From: Syntrophales bacterium
Lineage (GTDB): Bacteria; Desulfobacterota; Syntrophia; Syntrophales; UBA2192
Direction: 5' to 3'
Assembly: GCA_035450185.1 (NCBI GenBank)
Contig: DAOTMG010000003.1
Coordinates: 65,562-129,561, forward strand
DNA: 64,000 bases
The notes below the pieces were generated by a model. It was not told the DNA's origin, ran no database searches, and worked only from the letters and a program-made list of their open reading frames with translations. This document shows, in pieces, positions 33,587 to 41,404 of this stretch; the first letter of the stretch is position 1; every line of letters starts with the position of its first letter. A program made the translations under genes and the position numbers.

Positions 33587-34726
33587 TTATCTCAGCACCG
33601 TACCCGAGATAACCATCCGCTGGGCTTCCGAGGACCCCTCGTAGATCTCCAGGATCTTGGCGTCGCGCATGATGCGCTCCACCTTCGCGCCCTTGATGTA
33701 GCCGTACCCGCCGTGAATCTGGACGGCCTTGATCGTGTGGTGCATGGCTTTTTCCGACGCGTAGAGCTTGGCCATGGAGGCTTCCTTGCTGAAGGGCTTT
33801 CCCTGGTCCTTCAGCCATGCGGCATGGTAGGTGAGCCAGCGCGCCGCCTGGAGGTCCGTCGCCATGTCGGCGATCATCCAGGCGATGGCCTGGTGACGGG
33901 CGATGGGAGTACCCATCTGGACCCTTTCCTTGGAGTACCTGATGGACTCATCGAGGGCCGCCTGGAGGATGCCCACGCCCTGCGCGGCGATCCCCACGCG
34001 CCCGTGGTCGAAGCCGAGCATGGCGTTGCCGAGGCCCGCCCCTTCCGGCCCCAGGAGATTTGCCTTGGGGACGCGGCAGTCCTTGAATACGACCTCCGAG
34101 GTCTGCGAGGAGCGGAGCCCCATTTTGTGAAAGTGCTCGCCGGGTTTCAGGCCGGCGGTCCCTTTCGGGATGATGAAGGAACTCATCCCCTTGCGCCCCG
34201 CCGCCTTGTCGGTCCAGCAGAAGACGAGGTAGGTGTCGGCCAGCGGCCCGTTGGAGATAAAGGTCTTCGTGCCGTTGATCACGTAGAAGTCGCCGTCCTT
34301 GGCGGCCGTCGTCGTCGCGGCCATGACGTCGGTGCCGGCCCCCGGTTCGGTGAGGACGAAGGCCCCCATGTGCTGTCCCGTGGCGAGAGGGACGAGGTAC
34401 TTCTTCTTCTGATCCTCGTTTCCGAGGAGGTTGATGAGCATGCAGGCGATTCCGACGTGGATCGAAACGGTGAACCCCGTCGAGGAGCAGGAGCGTGACA
34501 GCTCCTCCACGACGATGGCGTTGGTCAGGTAGTCCGACCCGGAGCCGCCCCATTGCGTCGGGATGGGGATGCCCATCCAACCTCCCTCTGCGAGCTTTTT
34601 GAAGAGGTCCGCCGGGTGGATTTCTTTCTCGTCGATCTCGGCGGCGATGGGATCGACATGTTTCACACAGAATTCACGGATGTTCTTTCGGATCAGTTCC
34701 TGTTCCTCCGTCAGTTTGAAGTCCAT
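33587..34726 (-). CDS. Acyl-CoA dehydrogenase (short/medium-chain, butyryl-CoA dehydrogenase-like)
   Basis: 379 aa; LTEPGAGTD, ..KTFISNG.., YEGSSEAQR family motifs; adjacent to etfBA. Confidence 0.9.
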   Translation of the reverse strand: MDFKLTEEQELIRKNIREFCVKHVDPIAAEIDEKEIHPADLFKKLAEGGWMGIPIPTQWGGSGSDYLTNAIVVEELSRSCSSTGFTVSIHVGIACMLINLLGNEDQKKKYLVPLATGQHMGAFVLTEPGAGTDVMAATTTAAKDGDFYVINGTKTFISNGPLADTYLVFCWTDKAAGRKGMSSFIIPKGTAGLKPGEHFHKMGLRSSQTSEVVFKDCRVPKANLLGPEGAGLGNAMLGFDHGRVGIAAQGVGILQAALDESIRYSKERVQMGTPIARHQAIAWMIADMATDLQAARWLTYHAAWLKDQGKPFSKEASMAKLYASEKAMHHTIKAVQIHGGYGYIKGAKVERIMRDAKILEIYEGSSEAQRMVISGTVLR

Positions 34727-34769
34727 GGTCCCCTCCTTCCGGGTTGCAGGCCGGTGCCTGCTCCCATTA

Positions 34770-34797
34770 TGAATTTTAAATTTTGAATTTTGAATTC
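34770..34797. repeat. AT-rich 8-nt-periodic repeats (TGAATTTT family)
   Basis: tgaatttt aaatttt gaatttt gaattcc; upstream (gene sense) of the acd leader box. Confidence 0.7.
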
Positions 34798-34931
34798 CTT
34801 ATTTAAGCTGTTTCACTTCACTCGCCTCGGCCTCCCCGTTCCGTTCAGCCTCTTCCTTCTTTCCCGTCAATATTCCAGCAGGGCACTTTTTCAATCCCTG
34901 TACCCGATACCCTTGACCCTGTCCCCCGGTT

Positions 34932-35204
34932 TCATCCGAAGCGGAACTGGACGCCGAAGCCGCCCTCGGGGTAGTTCCAGTCGAGAACCGCCGTCCCGCA
35001 GGCGATCCGGCAGGTCCCGCACTCGAGGCACCCATCTACGTTGATGGAGACCTCTCCCTTCTCGTTTTCGCTGTAGCAGCCGGCAGGGCAGATTTTCACG
35101 GCGGGCTTGAGCAAAGGATCTTTTTCACACCCGGCCTTTATTACGATGTGTGGCTCCCTGCCGGGTTTGAAGACATCGAGCCCGAGCTTTGCCTTTAAAT
35201 CCAC
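34932..35204 (-). CDS. fixX: Ferredoxin-like protein FixX
   Basis: 90 aa; CPAGCY..CLECGTCRIAC ferredoxin-like Cys pattern; follows fixC. Confidence 0.85.
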   Translation of the reverse strand: MDLKAKLGLDVFKPGREPHIVIKAGCEKDPLLKPAVKICPAGCYSENEKGEVSINVDGCLECGTCRIACGTAVLDWNYPEGGFGVQFRFG

Positions 35205-35260
35205 GCTGTCACCTGTGATTTATTCCTGTTGTGTTGAAACCCTGAACCGCCCGCCCCGGT

Positions 35261-35279
35261 CCTCTCCCTTCGGGAGAGG
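35261..35279 (-). other. Stable intercistronic hairpin between fixC and fixX
   Basis: CCTCTCCC-TTC-GGGAGAGG perfect 8-bp stem. Confidence 0.4.
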
Positions 35280-35307
35280 GAGTGATCGAAAGTGTCCGGA
35301 CAAACGG

Positions 35308-36594
35308 TCATATTCTTGCTATACCTCTCAGGTCCTTGAAGATCGCCCATATCTCGCCGAGCGGGAGGTGCTTTCTAACGGTCGGAAAGATCCTCTCCTT
35401 GGGGCCGGCAGGTATGCTGTAAAGGTCCTTCATGATCTCCCCGATGAGATCGGGGTAGTGGTTGAAAAATCGCGGGTTTGAAAGCACCGCCGGCGACTCA
35501 CGGAAACGGATGAAGTCTTTGAGCACGAAACTCTCTTCGAGCATTTTCCCGTAGATGGAAAGGGACGTCGCGTCGAAAATCCCTGCCTCCTTCGCTTTCA
35601 GGACGGCTTTCCCCGCGAAGTGGCCCGAGGCCATGGCGTATTCCATGCCTCGCACGGTGAATCCCATGTTGAGGGCGAATCCCGCTGCGTCGCCCGCGAC
35701 GAGGATGCCGTCGCCGAAAAGCGGGACCAAGCCCCCGTACCCCCCTTCGGGGATCATGTGGGCGCCGTATTCCAGGGTCCTGCCGCCTTTTACCAGAGGG
35801 GCGATCTCCGGCCGCGACTTGAAGGCGTCGAGAAGGGCGGGAAGCTCGGCGGCGCCTCCTTTCCGGACGAAGTCCTGAATGCCCATGACGAGCCCGAGAC
35901 TCAGGCTGTCTTTGTTTGTGTAGAGAAAACCGCCCCCGAAGAGCCCTCCGGTGACCTCGCCGACGTAGAGTCGCGCCGTCCCCTCGTTTCCATCGAGGTT
36001 GAAGCGGTCGTTGATACGGGACGGGTCGAGGGCGATGACTTCCTTGATTGCGACGGCGTAGTGTTCGGCCCTCCCGGGCGGGTGGAGCCCGGCTTTTTCG
36101 GCAAGAAGCGAGACCACGCCGTCGCAGGCCACGACCACGTCGGCGCGGAGATCATCGCCGCCGGCGATGACGCCCGCGATTTTGCCGTTTTCCCTGATCG
36201 CGTCATCGACGCGGGTCTTGGGCAGAATCATGACGCCCTTTTCCTCGAGGCGCTCGGATATCCACCGGTCGACTCTCGACCGAAGGACGCTGTAACTCTG
36301 GTGAGGAGCGGCCCGAAGTTCGTCGCCGGAGTAATCGAGCGTGAGCGAACGCTCTCCGGCCATGACCGTGACCCCTTCATGGACAATGAAGCGTTCGAGC
36401 GGCACCTCATCCCACAGACCGGGAAAGAGTTCCCGCACGGGATTCACATAAAGTCGCCCGCCCGAGAGGTTTTTCGCACCGGGGTAGTCCCCCCGCTCCA
36501 GGACGAGGACCTCGAGCCCTTTTCCGGCGAGGGTCCAGGCGCATCCCAGGCCGGCGAGCCCCGCCCCCACGATGATCGCGTCGAATTTCTCCAT
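35308..36594 (-). CDS. fixC: FAD-dependent electron-transfer-flavoprotein:quinone oxidoreductase FixC
   Basis: MEKFDAIIVGAGLAGLGCA dinucleotide-binding motif; 428 aa; paired with fixX. Confidence 0.85.
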   Translation of the reverse strand: MEKFDAIIVGAGLAGLGCAWTLAGKGLEVLVLERGDYPGAKNLSGGRLYVNPVRELFPGLWDEVPLERFIVHEGVTVMAGERSLTLDYSGDELRAAPHQSYSVLRSRVDRWISERLEEKGVMILPKTRVDDAIRENGKIAGVIAGGDDLRADVVVACDGVVSLLAEKAGLHPPGRAEHYAVAIKEVIALDPSRINDRFNLDGNEGTARLYVGEVTGGLFGGGFLYTNKDSLSLGLVMGIQDFVRKGGAAELPALLDAFKSRPEIAPLVKGGRTLEYGAHMIPEGGYGGLVPLFGDGILVAGDAAGFALNMGFTVRGMEYAMASGHFAGKAVLKAKEAGIFDATSLSIYGKMLEESFVLKDFIRFRESPAVLSNPRFFNHYPDLIGEIMKDLYSIPAGPKERIFPTVRKHLPLGEIWAIFKDLRGIARI

Positions 36595-36751
36595 GGATTA
36601 CCTTTTCCGGACGGCGAAAAACCCTATCTCACATACCCCATTTCCCGGGCCCAGTGCAACCCAAAACAGGCGGGTCTGACGACCCCTTGAGGCGCCCGTT
36701 GCCATCGGCCGGCAGCGAGCGGGATGTGCCGATAATGTTCAGTGATTTTCG

Positions 36752-36767
36752 GGGTATGTTTTTTGCA
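36752..36767 (+). promoter_or_regulatory. Sigma54 (-24/-12) promoter candidate upstream of the PqqD/rSAM cluster
   Basis: gGGTATGttttTTGCA: GG at 36753-54 and GC at 36765-66 with canonical spacing; about 117 nt upstream of ATG 36884. Confidence 0.4.
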
Positions 36768-36883
36768 AAACCTTTCTTGCCGACCGGGTTCGTCCCGGTC
36801 TCGATGCGGTATGCGATAGCGCATAAATTAATTATCTACGCTGAATCATTAAAGATATTGTTCAGGGCAGACAGGAGGAAGTA

Positions 36884-37168
36884 ATGGACATGAAAGACAG
36901 GCCGGTAGCAAACCCGCTCATCGTGCTGCGCGAGGAGTTCGACGACTGGGCCATCCTCTTCGATCCCGACACGGGGAACGCCTTCGGCCTCAACCCGACG
37001 GGCGTCTTTGTCTGGAAGCTCCTCGACGGCGATCATTCCATTGATGACATATCGGCTGAGCTCAGGGAAAGCGCCGAAGCCGTTCCGGAGGAGGTGAAGG
37101 ACCACCTCCATGAATTCGTCCGGAGCCTGGAAAAGCAGGGCCTCGTGGGGTTCGAAGTTGCAGGATAG
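36884..37168 (+). CDS. PqqD-family peptide-chaperone (RRE-like) protein
   Basis: 94 aa; REEFDDWAILFDPDTGNAFGLNPTGVFVWKLLDG..I..I matches the PqqD/ScmD-like pattern. AGGAGG SD. Confidence 0.8.
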   Translation: MDMKDRPVANPLIVLREEFDDWAILFDPDTGNAFGLNPTGVFVWKLLDGDHSIDDISAELRESAEAVPEEVKDHLHEFVRSLEKQGLVGFEVAG

Positions 37169-37176
37169 AGCACTTT

Positions 37177-38460
37177 ATGGAGAAAAACATGAAGCAAAGT
37201 GAGCGGAAGAAAAAATCCCTTTACATCAAAGAGAACCCCGAGCGCTGCACTCCTGATGCAAAGCGCCCCTCGAGCGAAGCGCCCCTCGAAGGCGGTGTTC
37301 CGCCGGCCGAGCGCTCTTCGAAGCCGGCGCACCTCGAGGGAAGCATCCCGATCTACCCCCTGAACTGCATCTACTTCTATCTGACCGAAGGGTGCAACCT
37401 CTGCTGCCGGCACTGCTGGATCCAGCCGAAGTTTCAGAACGGTGAGCGGGTGTATCCCTCGCTGGAGGTGGATCTCTTCAAATCGATTATCGATCAGGCA
37501 AAGGCCCTGGGGCTCGGCTCCGTAAAACTGACGGGCGGCGAACCGCTCCTCCATCCGCAGATCGGCGAACTTCTCGATCACATCGAAGAAGAGGGTCTCC
37601 GCCTGACGATCGAGACGAACGGCGTCCTCTGCACGCCCGCACTCGCGAGGAAGATCGCATCCTGCGCGAGCCCTTTTGTGTCCGTGAGCATCGACGGGGC
37701 GGACGCGGAGACGCACGAGTGGGTGAGAGGCGTCGCGGGGTCTTTCCGGCAGGCCGTCGACGGCGTCCGCAACCTCGTCGAGGCGGGCATCCACCCCCAG
37801 ATCATCATGACCGTCATGCGTCGCAACAGGGAACAGATCGAGGATGTGGTCCGTCTCGCCGAAGGGCTGAGAGCCGATTCGGTGAAATTCAACATCGTCC
37901 AGCCGACGGCCCGGGGGGAGAAGATGCACGAGACCGGGGAGACGCTGACGATCGAGGAACTGGTCGACATCGGCCGGTGGGTGGAAAACGAACTATCCGC
38001 GACCACACCCCTGCGGTTGCACTACAGTCACCCGATCGCCTTCAGACCTATGAGCAGGATGTTCGGGGAGAAAGGCGACGGGTGCGGCGTGTGCGGTATC
38101 CTGGGGATCCTCGGTGTCCTGGGAAACGGCTCTTACGCCCTTTGCGGGATCGGTGAGACGATCCCCGAGCTTGTCTTCGGCCATGCCGCCCATGACCGGC
38201 TTGCGGACATCTGGGAGAACAACGCCATTCTGAAGGAACTTCGCGAGGGGCTCCCCCACCGATTTGAGGGTATCTGCGGCGACTGCGTCATGCGGGGGAT
38301 CTGCCTGGGGAGCTGTGTGGCCCAGAACTATTACAGCTCCGGGAACCTCTGGGCGGGCTACTGGTTCTGCGAGGCGGCAAAAAAAGAGGGACTCTTCCCC
38401 GGTACACGCCTGGAAGGCGGACGAAGGATGAAACGGGTAGAAGCGAGGCCGTCCCTGTGA
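37177..38460 (+). CDS. Radical SAM/SPASM-domain maturase (PqqE/Scm-like)
   Basis: YLTEGCNLCCRHCW (CX3CX2C), GGEPLL, and C-terminal SPASM motifs CGVCG..G....C..and CGDCVMRGICLGSC (CX2CX5CX3C). ~60-aa low-complexity N-terminal extension (alternative ATG 37189). Confidence 0.85.
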   Translation: MEKNMKQSERKKKSLYIKENPERCTPDAKRPSSEAPLEGGVPPAERSSKPAHLEGSIPIYPLNCIYFYLTEGCNLCCRHCWIQPKFQNGERVYPSLEVDLFKSIIDQAKALGLGSVKLTGGEPLLHPQIGELLDHIEEEGLRLTIETNGVLCTPALARKIASCASPFVSVSIDGADAETHEWVRGVAGSFRQAVDGVRNLVEAGIHPQIIMTVMRRNREQIEDVVRLAEGLRADSVKFNIVQPTARGEKMHETGETLTIEELVDIGRWVENELSATTPLRLHYSHPIAFRPMSRMFGEKGDGCGVCGILGILGVLGNGSYALCGIGETIPELVFGHAAHDRLADIWENNAILKELREGLPHRFEGICGDCVMRGICLGSCVAQNYYSSGNLWAGYWFCEAAKKEGLFPGTRLEGGRRMKRVEARPSL

Positions 38461-38646
38461 CGCCGATACGGCCATGATGAAGGGAGAATCCCGACATCCC
38501 ACAGCCTGCTTTGGTGTGAGCATGGACCTGATCTTCGAGGACCCGCAATTCCGGCATGACCGTTTCCCGGCCTTCCGGTGAAACGGACAGGGTGTCTCAT
38601 GGCGCCACGAAACAGGGGGTAAGAGCGGGAGTCAAAGGAGAGATCG

Positions 38647-40314
38647 ATGAAAGGCGAAGCGTTACAGGAGCATCCCGGTACTGAAAAACGGGCAGGGCAG
38701 CCGGCCGTCGGGCCGATCAGCCCGACCGCATTGCCGGCGGGGGGAGAGAGCGTTTTTTTCCGCGAATGGCTGGCCGGAAACCGTTACCCGAACCAGCTTC
38801 CCATCAGCGCGATCTGCAACAGCCGCTGCATCTTCTGCTCGAACAATCTGAACCCCTTCCCGATCGCGAGGGGCCTGTTCCGCGACATCGAGGACGTCAA
38901 GCACCAGCTGAGCCTCATGCCCCTGCACAAGGACCCCATCCGCATGAGCGACAGCCTCCCGGGCCGGATCGCCGAGGGCGAGGCCTTTCTCCACCCGAAG
39001 TTTTTCGAGATCCTCAAGCTCATCCGTCGAAAGTACCTGTCGAACAAGATCTGCTTCACCACGAATGCCGTCATGCTCGACGAGACTTTTCTGAAGGAGC
39101 TTTCCCGTTTCAGGCCCATCGAGATCAACGTCTCGATGCACTCCGCGAAACCCGAGCTCTGGGCGAAGATCTTTCGCAAGAGGCGCAGGGACGGCGAAAC
39201 CGCCATCGCTTCCCTTCCGCTTCTCCGGAAGTACAAGATGGATCTGGTCGGGACGATCGTCCCTCTGCCCCGGGTCTGCGGCTGGAACGACATCGAGAAC
39301 ACCTACGAGTACTTCGCGGCCTATGGCGCGAAGAGCATGATCCTCTACTGGCCCGGCTACACCCTGTGCGTTGCGCCGGAAACGGTTGAAAAGCTCGAGT
39401 GCCCCATGGAGGAATTCATGGAATTTTCGAGTCGCATGCGCAGCCGTTTCGAAATCCCCCTGAATCCCTACCCGGACATGCGGGCGCCGCTCACGACCCC
39501 CATCAGGGTCGTCATGGAGCGGACCCTGAAGGGAAACCTGACGAATTTCGGGGGCGCCTACCGCAGTGTGCTCTGGCTCACGTCCGAGGCCGCCCATGGC
39601 CGTATCAGTACGGCCCTGGCGGAGCGTGGAGGAGCCTTTCAGAACGAGCATCATGCCTTTGCGGTCAAGAATGAAACCTACGGAGGTAACATCATCGTCT
39701 CCGGGCTCATCATGGTGGATGATTTCATCCGGGCCGGCAGGATGGCGCTTGAGCAGTGGCCCGAGACGGAGCTCATCCTCGTGCCGAAGGAGCCCTTCGA
39801 TCAGATCTACCGGGACCTCAAGGGGGTCCCCGCATACCGGATTTCCGACGAACTCGGCAGGCCCGTGTGGGTCGTTGAGGGCTGCGGCTGTGTGAACACG
39901 CTTCTCGACAGGCCCTTCAGGAAAAAGGAGAATCAGACGCTGCAGCCCCTCATGGACGCCATGAAGTTGTTCAACGCCGGCCGGCAGGACCCTTTACAGG
40001 TCGAGAAGAGCCTCGACATGGTGAGCGCATACCCCCTGCGGGTCGGTGAGGACGATGTGAGCCGCGAAGGACTCCGGGCATCCATCCTCGGGGCGGCGGG
40101 TTTGAATGGAGGGTTGCGGCGCCCTCTGAACCAGCGCTTCGAGGTCCTCGACGAAACGCAGGCCCTCTGCCTGGAAAACTGGCCCACCGAGGATGAAGCC
40201 AGGCAGATCAGCCGGTGGACCTTCCTGGTCAAGAGAAGCGGAGAGTGGAAAATAGAACGCATCATGACCGGCGAGGTCAAAACGGACGATGACGTCTGCA
40301 GGGGCCGCTCCTGA
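38647..40314 (+). CDS. DUF512-type radical SAM protein with extra C-terminal NTF2/SnoaL-like module
   Basis: ICNSRCIFCSNN (CX3CX2C). VKNETYGGNIIVSGLIMVDDFI resembles the DUF512 FG..ITV[TS]GL.TG.D motif. No PDZ domain. The last ~130 aa end in WTFLVKRSGEWKIERIM. Confidence 0.65.
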   Translation: MKGEALQEHPGTEKRAGQPAVGPISPTALPAGGESVFFREWLAGNRYPNQLPISAICNSRCIFCSNNLNPFPIARGLFRDIEDVKHQLSLMPLHKDPIRMSDSLPGRIAEGEAFLHPKFFEILKLIRRKYLSNKICFTTNAVMLDETFLKELSRFRPIEINVSMHSAKPELWAKIFRKRRRDGETAIASLPLLRKYKMDLVGTIVPLPRVCGWNDIENTYEYFAAYGAKSMILYWPGYTLCVAPETVEKLECPMEEFMEFSSRMRSRFEIPLNPYPDMRAPLTTPIRVVMERTLKGNLTNFGGAYRSVLWLTSEAAHGRISTALAERGGAFQNEHHAFAVKNETYGGNIIVSGLIMVDDFIRAGRMALEQWPETELILVPKEPFDQIYRDLKGVPAYRISDELGRPVWVVEGCGCVNTLLDRPFRKKENQTLQPLMDAMKLFNAGRQDPLQVEKSLDMVSAYPLRVGEDDVSREGLRASILGAAGLNGGLRRPLNQRFEVLDETQALCLENWPTEDEARQISRWTFLVKRSGEWKIERIMTGEVKTDDDVCRGRS

Positions 40315-40362
40315 AGCGCCTCGGCAAAGAGGCTTTTTGACAGTGATGTCGGAGCACCCGGT

Positions 40363-41316
40363 GTGAAGATTTCCGTGGTCATACCCGTGTACAACGGCGA
40401 TCGCTTTCTCCCCGAGGCGATCGAGAGCGTCCTCGGCCAGAGCCATCAGGATGTTGAAATCCTCCTTGTGGACGACGGTTCCACCGACGGAAGCCAGGGG
40501 GTTATGAAGCGCTATGCCCGCCTGGACAAACGGGTGAGATTCATCGCGCAGGAAAACCGCGGCCGTTGCGAGGCGGCCAACCGGGGCCTGGAGGAAGCCC
40601 GTTTCGACTGGGTGGCAAGGCTCGACGCCGATGATGTCTTTCTGCCGAGGAAGATCGAGAGGCAGCTTCAGTACCTTGCGGAACACCCCGGGGCCCGGGT
40701 GATCGGGACGCTCGGGTGTTTCATCAACGAGGAGGGCAGGCGCCTGGGATTCATCGGCACCGCCGGGCCCTTCGACGAGAAGGATTTCCGCAAATTTGTC
40801 GAAAACGGCGTTCCCCTCCGCTTCATCCATTCCTCCGTCCTGATGCACCGGCCAACCGTTCTCGACGCCGGCGGCTACCGGCCGGAGTTCCGCCAGGTCG
40901 AGGACACGGATCTCTGGAACCGCCTGGCGGAAAAGGGGCATCTTCTTCTCACCGTCCCCGAGCCTCTCGTTCTCTACAGGATCCACGGGAGATCCGTTTC
41001 CATCAAGAGGAAAAAGGAGCAGGAACTCTACGACGCCTGGGCCCTCGAACGCATGCGGCGGAGAAGGCGGGGAGAGGAAGAGCCGTCCCTTGCGGATTTC
41101 CTGAGCGAGCAGGAAAGACGCCCCTGGTATGAGAAGGCGGACAGCCGGCGGCGGTACACCGGGGAGGCCCTCTACCAGAAAGCGGCCCTCTGCTACGCGG
41201 AAGGCGATTTCATCGGGTTGTCATTCCTGCTGGCGGCGGCCGCCGCGGTTCATCCCTCTCACGTTCTAAGGCGGATCTACGGGAGAAAGATCTATCCCCT
41301 CCTGAGGGGATTGTAA
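40363..41316 (+). CDS. Family 2 glycosyltransferase
   Basis: KISVVIPVYNGDRFLPEAIESVLGQSHQDVEILLVDDGSTDGS and ..LDADD.. (DxD). GTG start with GGAG SD. Confidence 0.85.
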   Translation: MKISVVIPVYNGDRFLPEAIESVLGQSHQDVEILLVDDGSTDGSQGVMKRYARLDKRVRFIAQENRGRCEAANRGLEEARFDWVARLDADDVFLPRKIERQLQYLAEHPGARVIGTLGCFINEEGRRLGFIGTAGPFDEKDFRKFVENGVPLRFIHSSVLMHRPTVLDAGGYRPEFRQVEDTDLWNRLAEKGHLLLTVPEPLVLYRIHGRSVSIKRKKEQELYDAWALERMRRRRRGEEEPSLADFLSEQERRPWYEKADSRRRYTGEALYQKAALCYAEGDFIGLSFLLAAAAAVHPSHVLRRIYGRKIYPLLRGL

Positions 41317-41321
41317 AAAAA

Positions 41322-41340
41322 GGGGACAGTCCCCTTTTTT
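41322..41340 (+). terminator. Intrinsic terminator after the GT2 gene
   Basis: GGGGA-CAG-TCCCC followed by TTTTTT. Confidence 0.6.
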
Positions 41341-41368
41341 AAAAAAGCGCCGGTCGATCCGACCGGCG
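41341..41368 (-). terminator. Intrinsic terminator after the MFS gene
   Basis: GCGCCGGTC / GACCGGCGC 9-bp stem; on the minus strand it is followed by TTTTTT. Confidence 0.65.
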
Positions 41369-41404
41369 CTTTCGTTTCCGGGACAGATTTTGGAATGCCG
41401 GGGG

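Noticed and set aside
36735-36884. 49-aa ORF MFSDFRGMFFAKPFLPTGFVPVSMRYAIAHKLIIYAESLKILFRADRRK, whose TAA overlaps the PqqD ATG, considered as the RiPP precursor.
   Set aside because: It has no SD and much weaker third-position GC bias than real genes here. It also spans the -24/-12 promoter-like site and the AT-rich leader. Kept only as a weak candidate.
38474-38581. 35-aa ORF MMKGESRHPTACFGVSMDLIFEDPQFRHDRFPAFR between the two radical SAM genes, considered as a precursor.
   Set aside because: It has no SD and no Cys/Ser/Thr-rich core or leader-like motif. Its conservation cannot be tested here.
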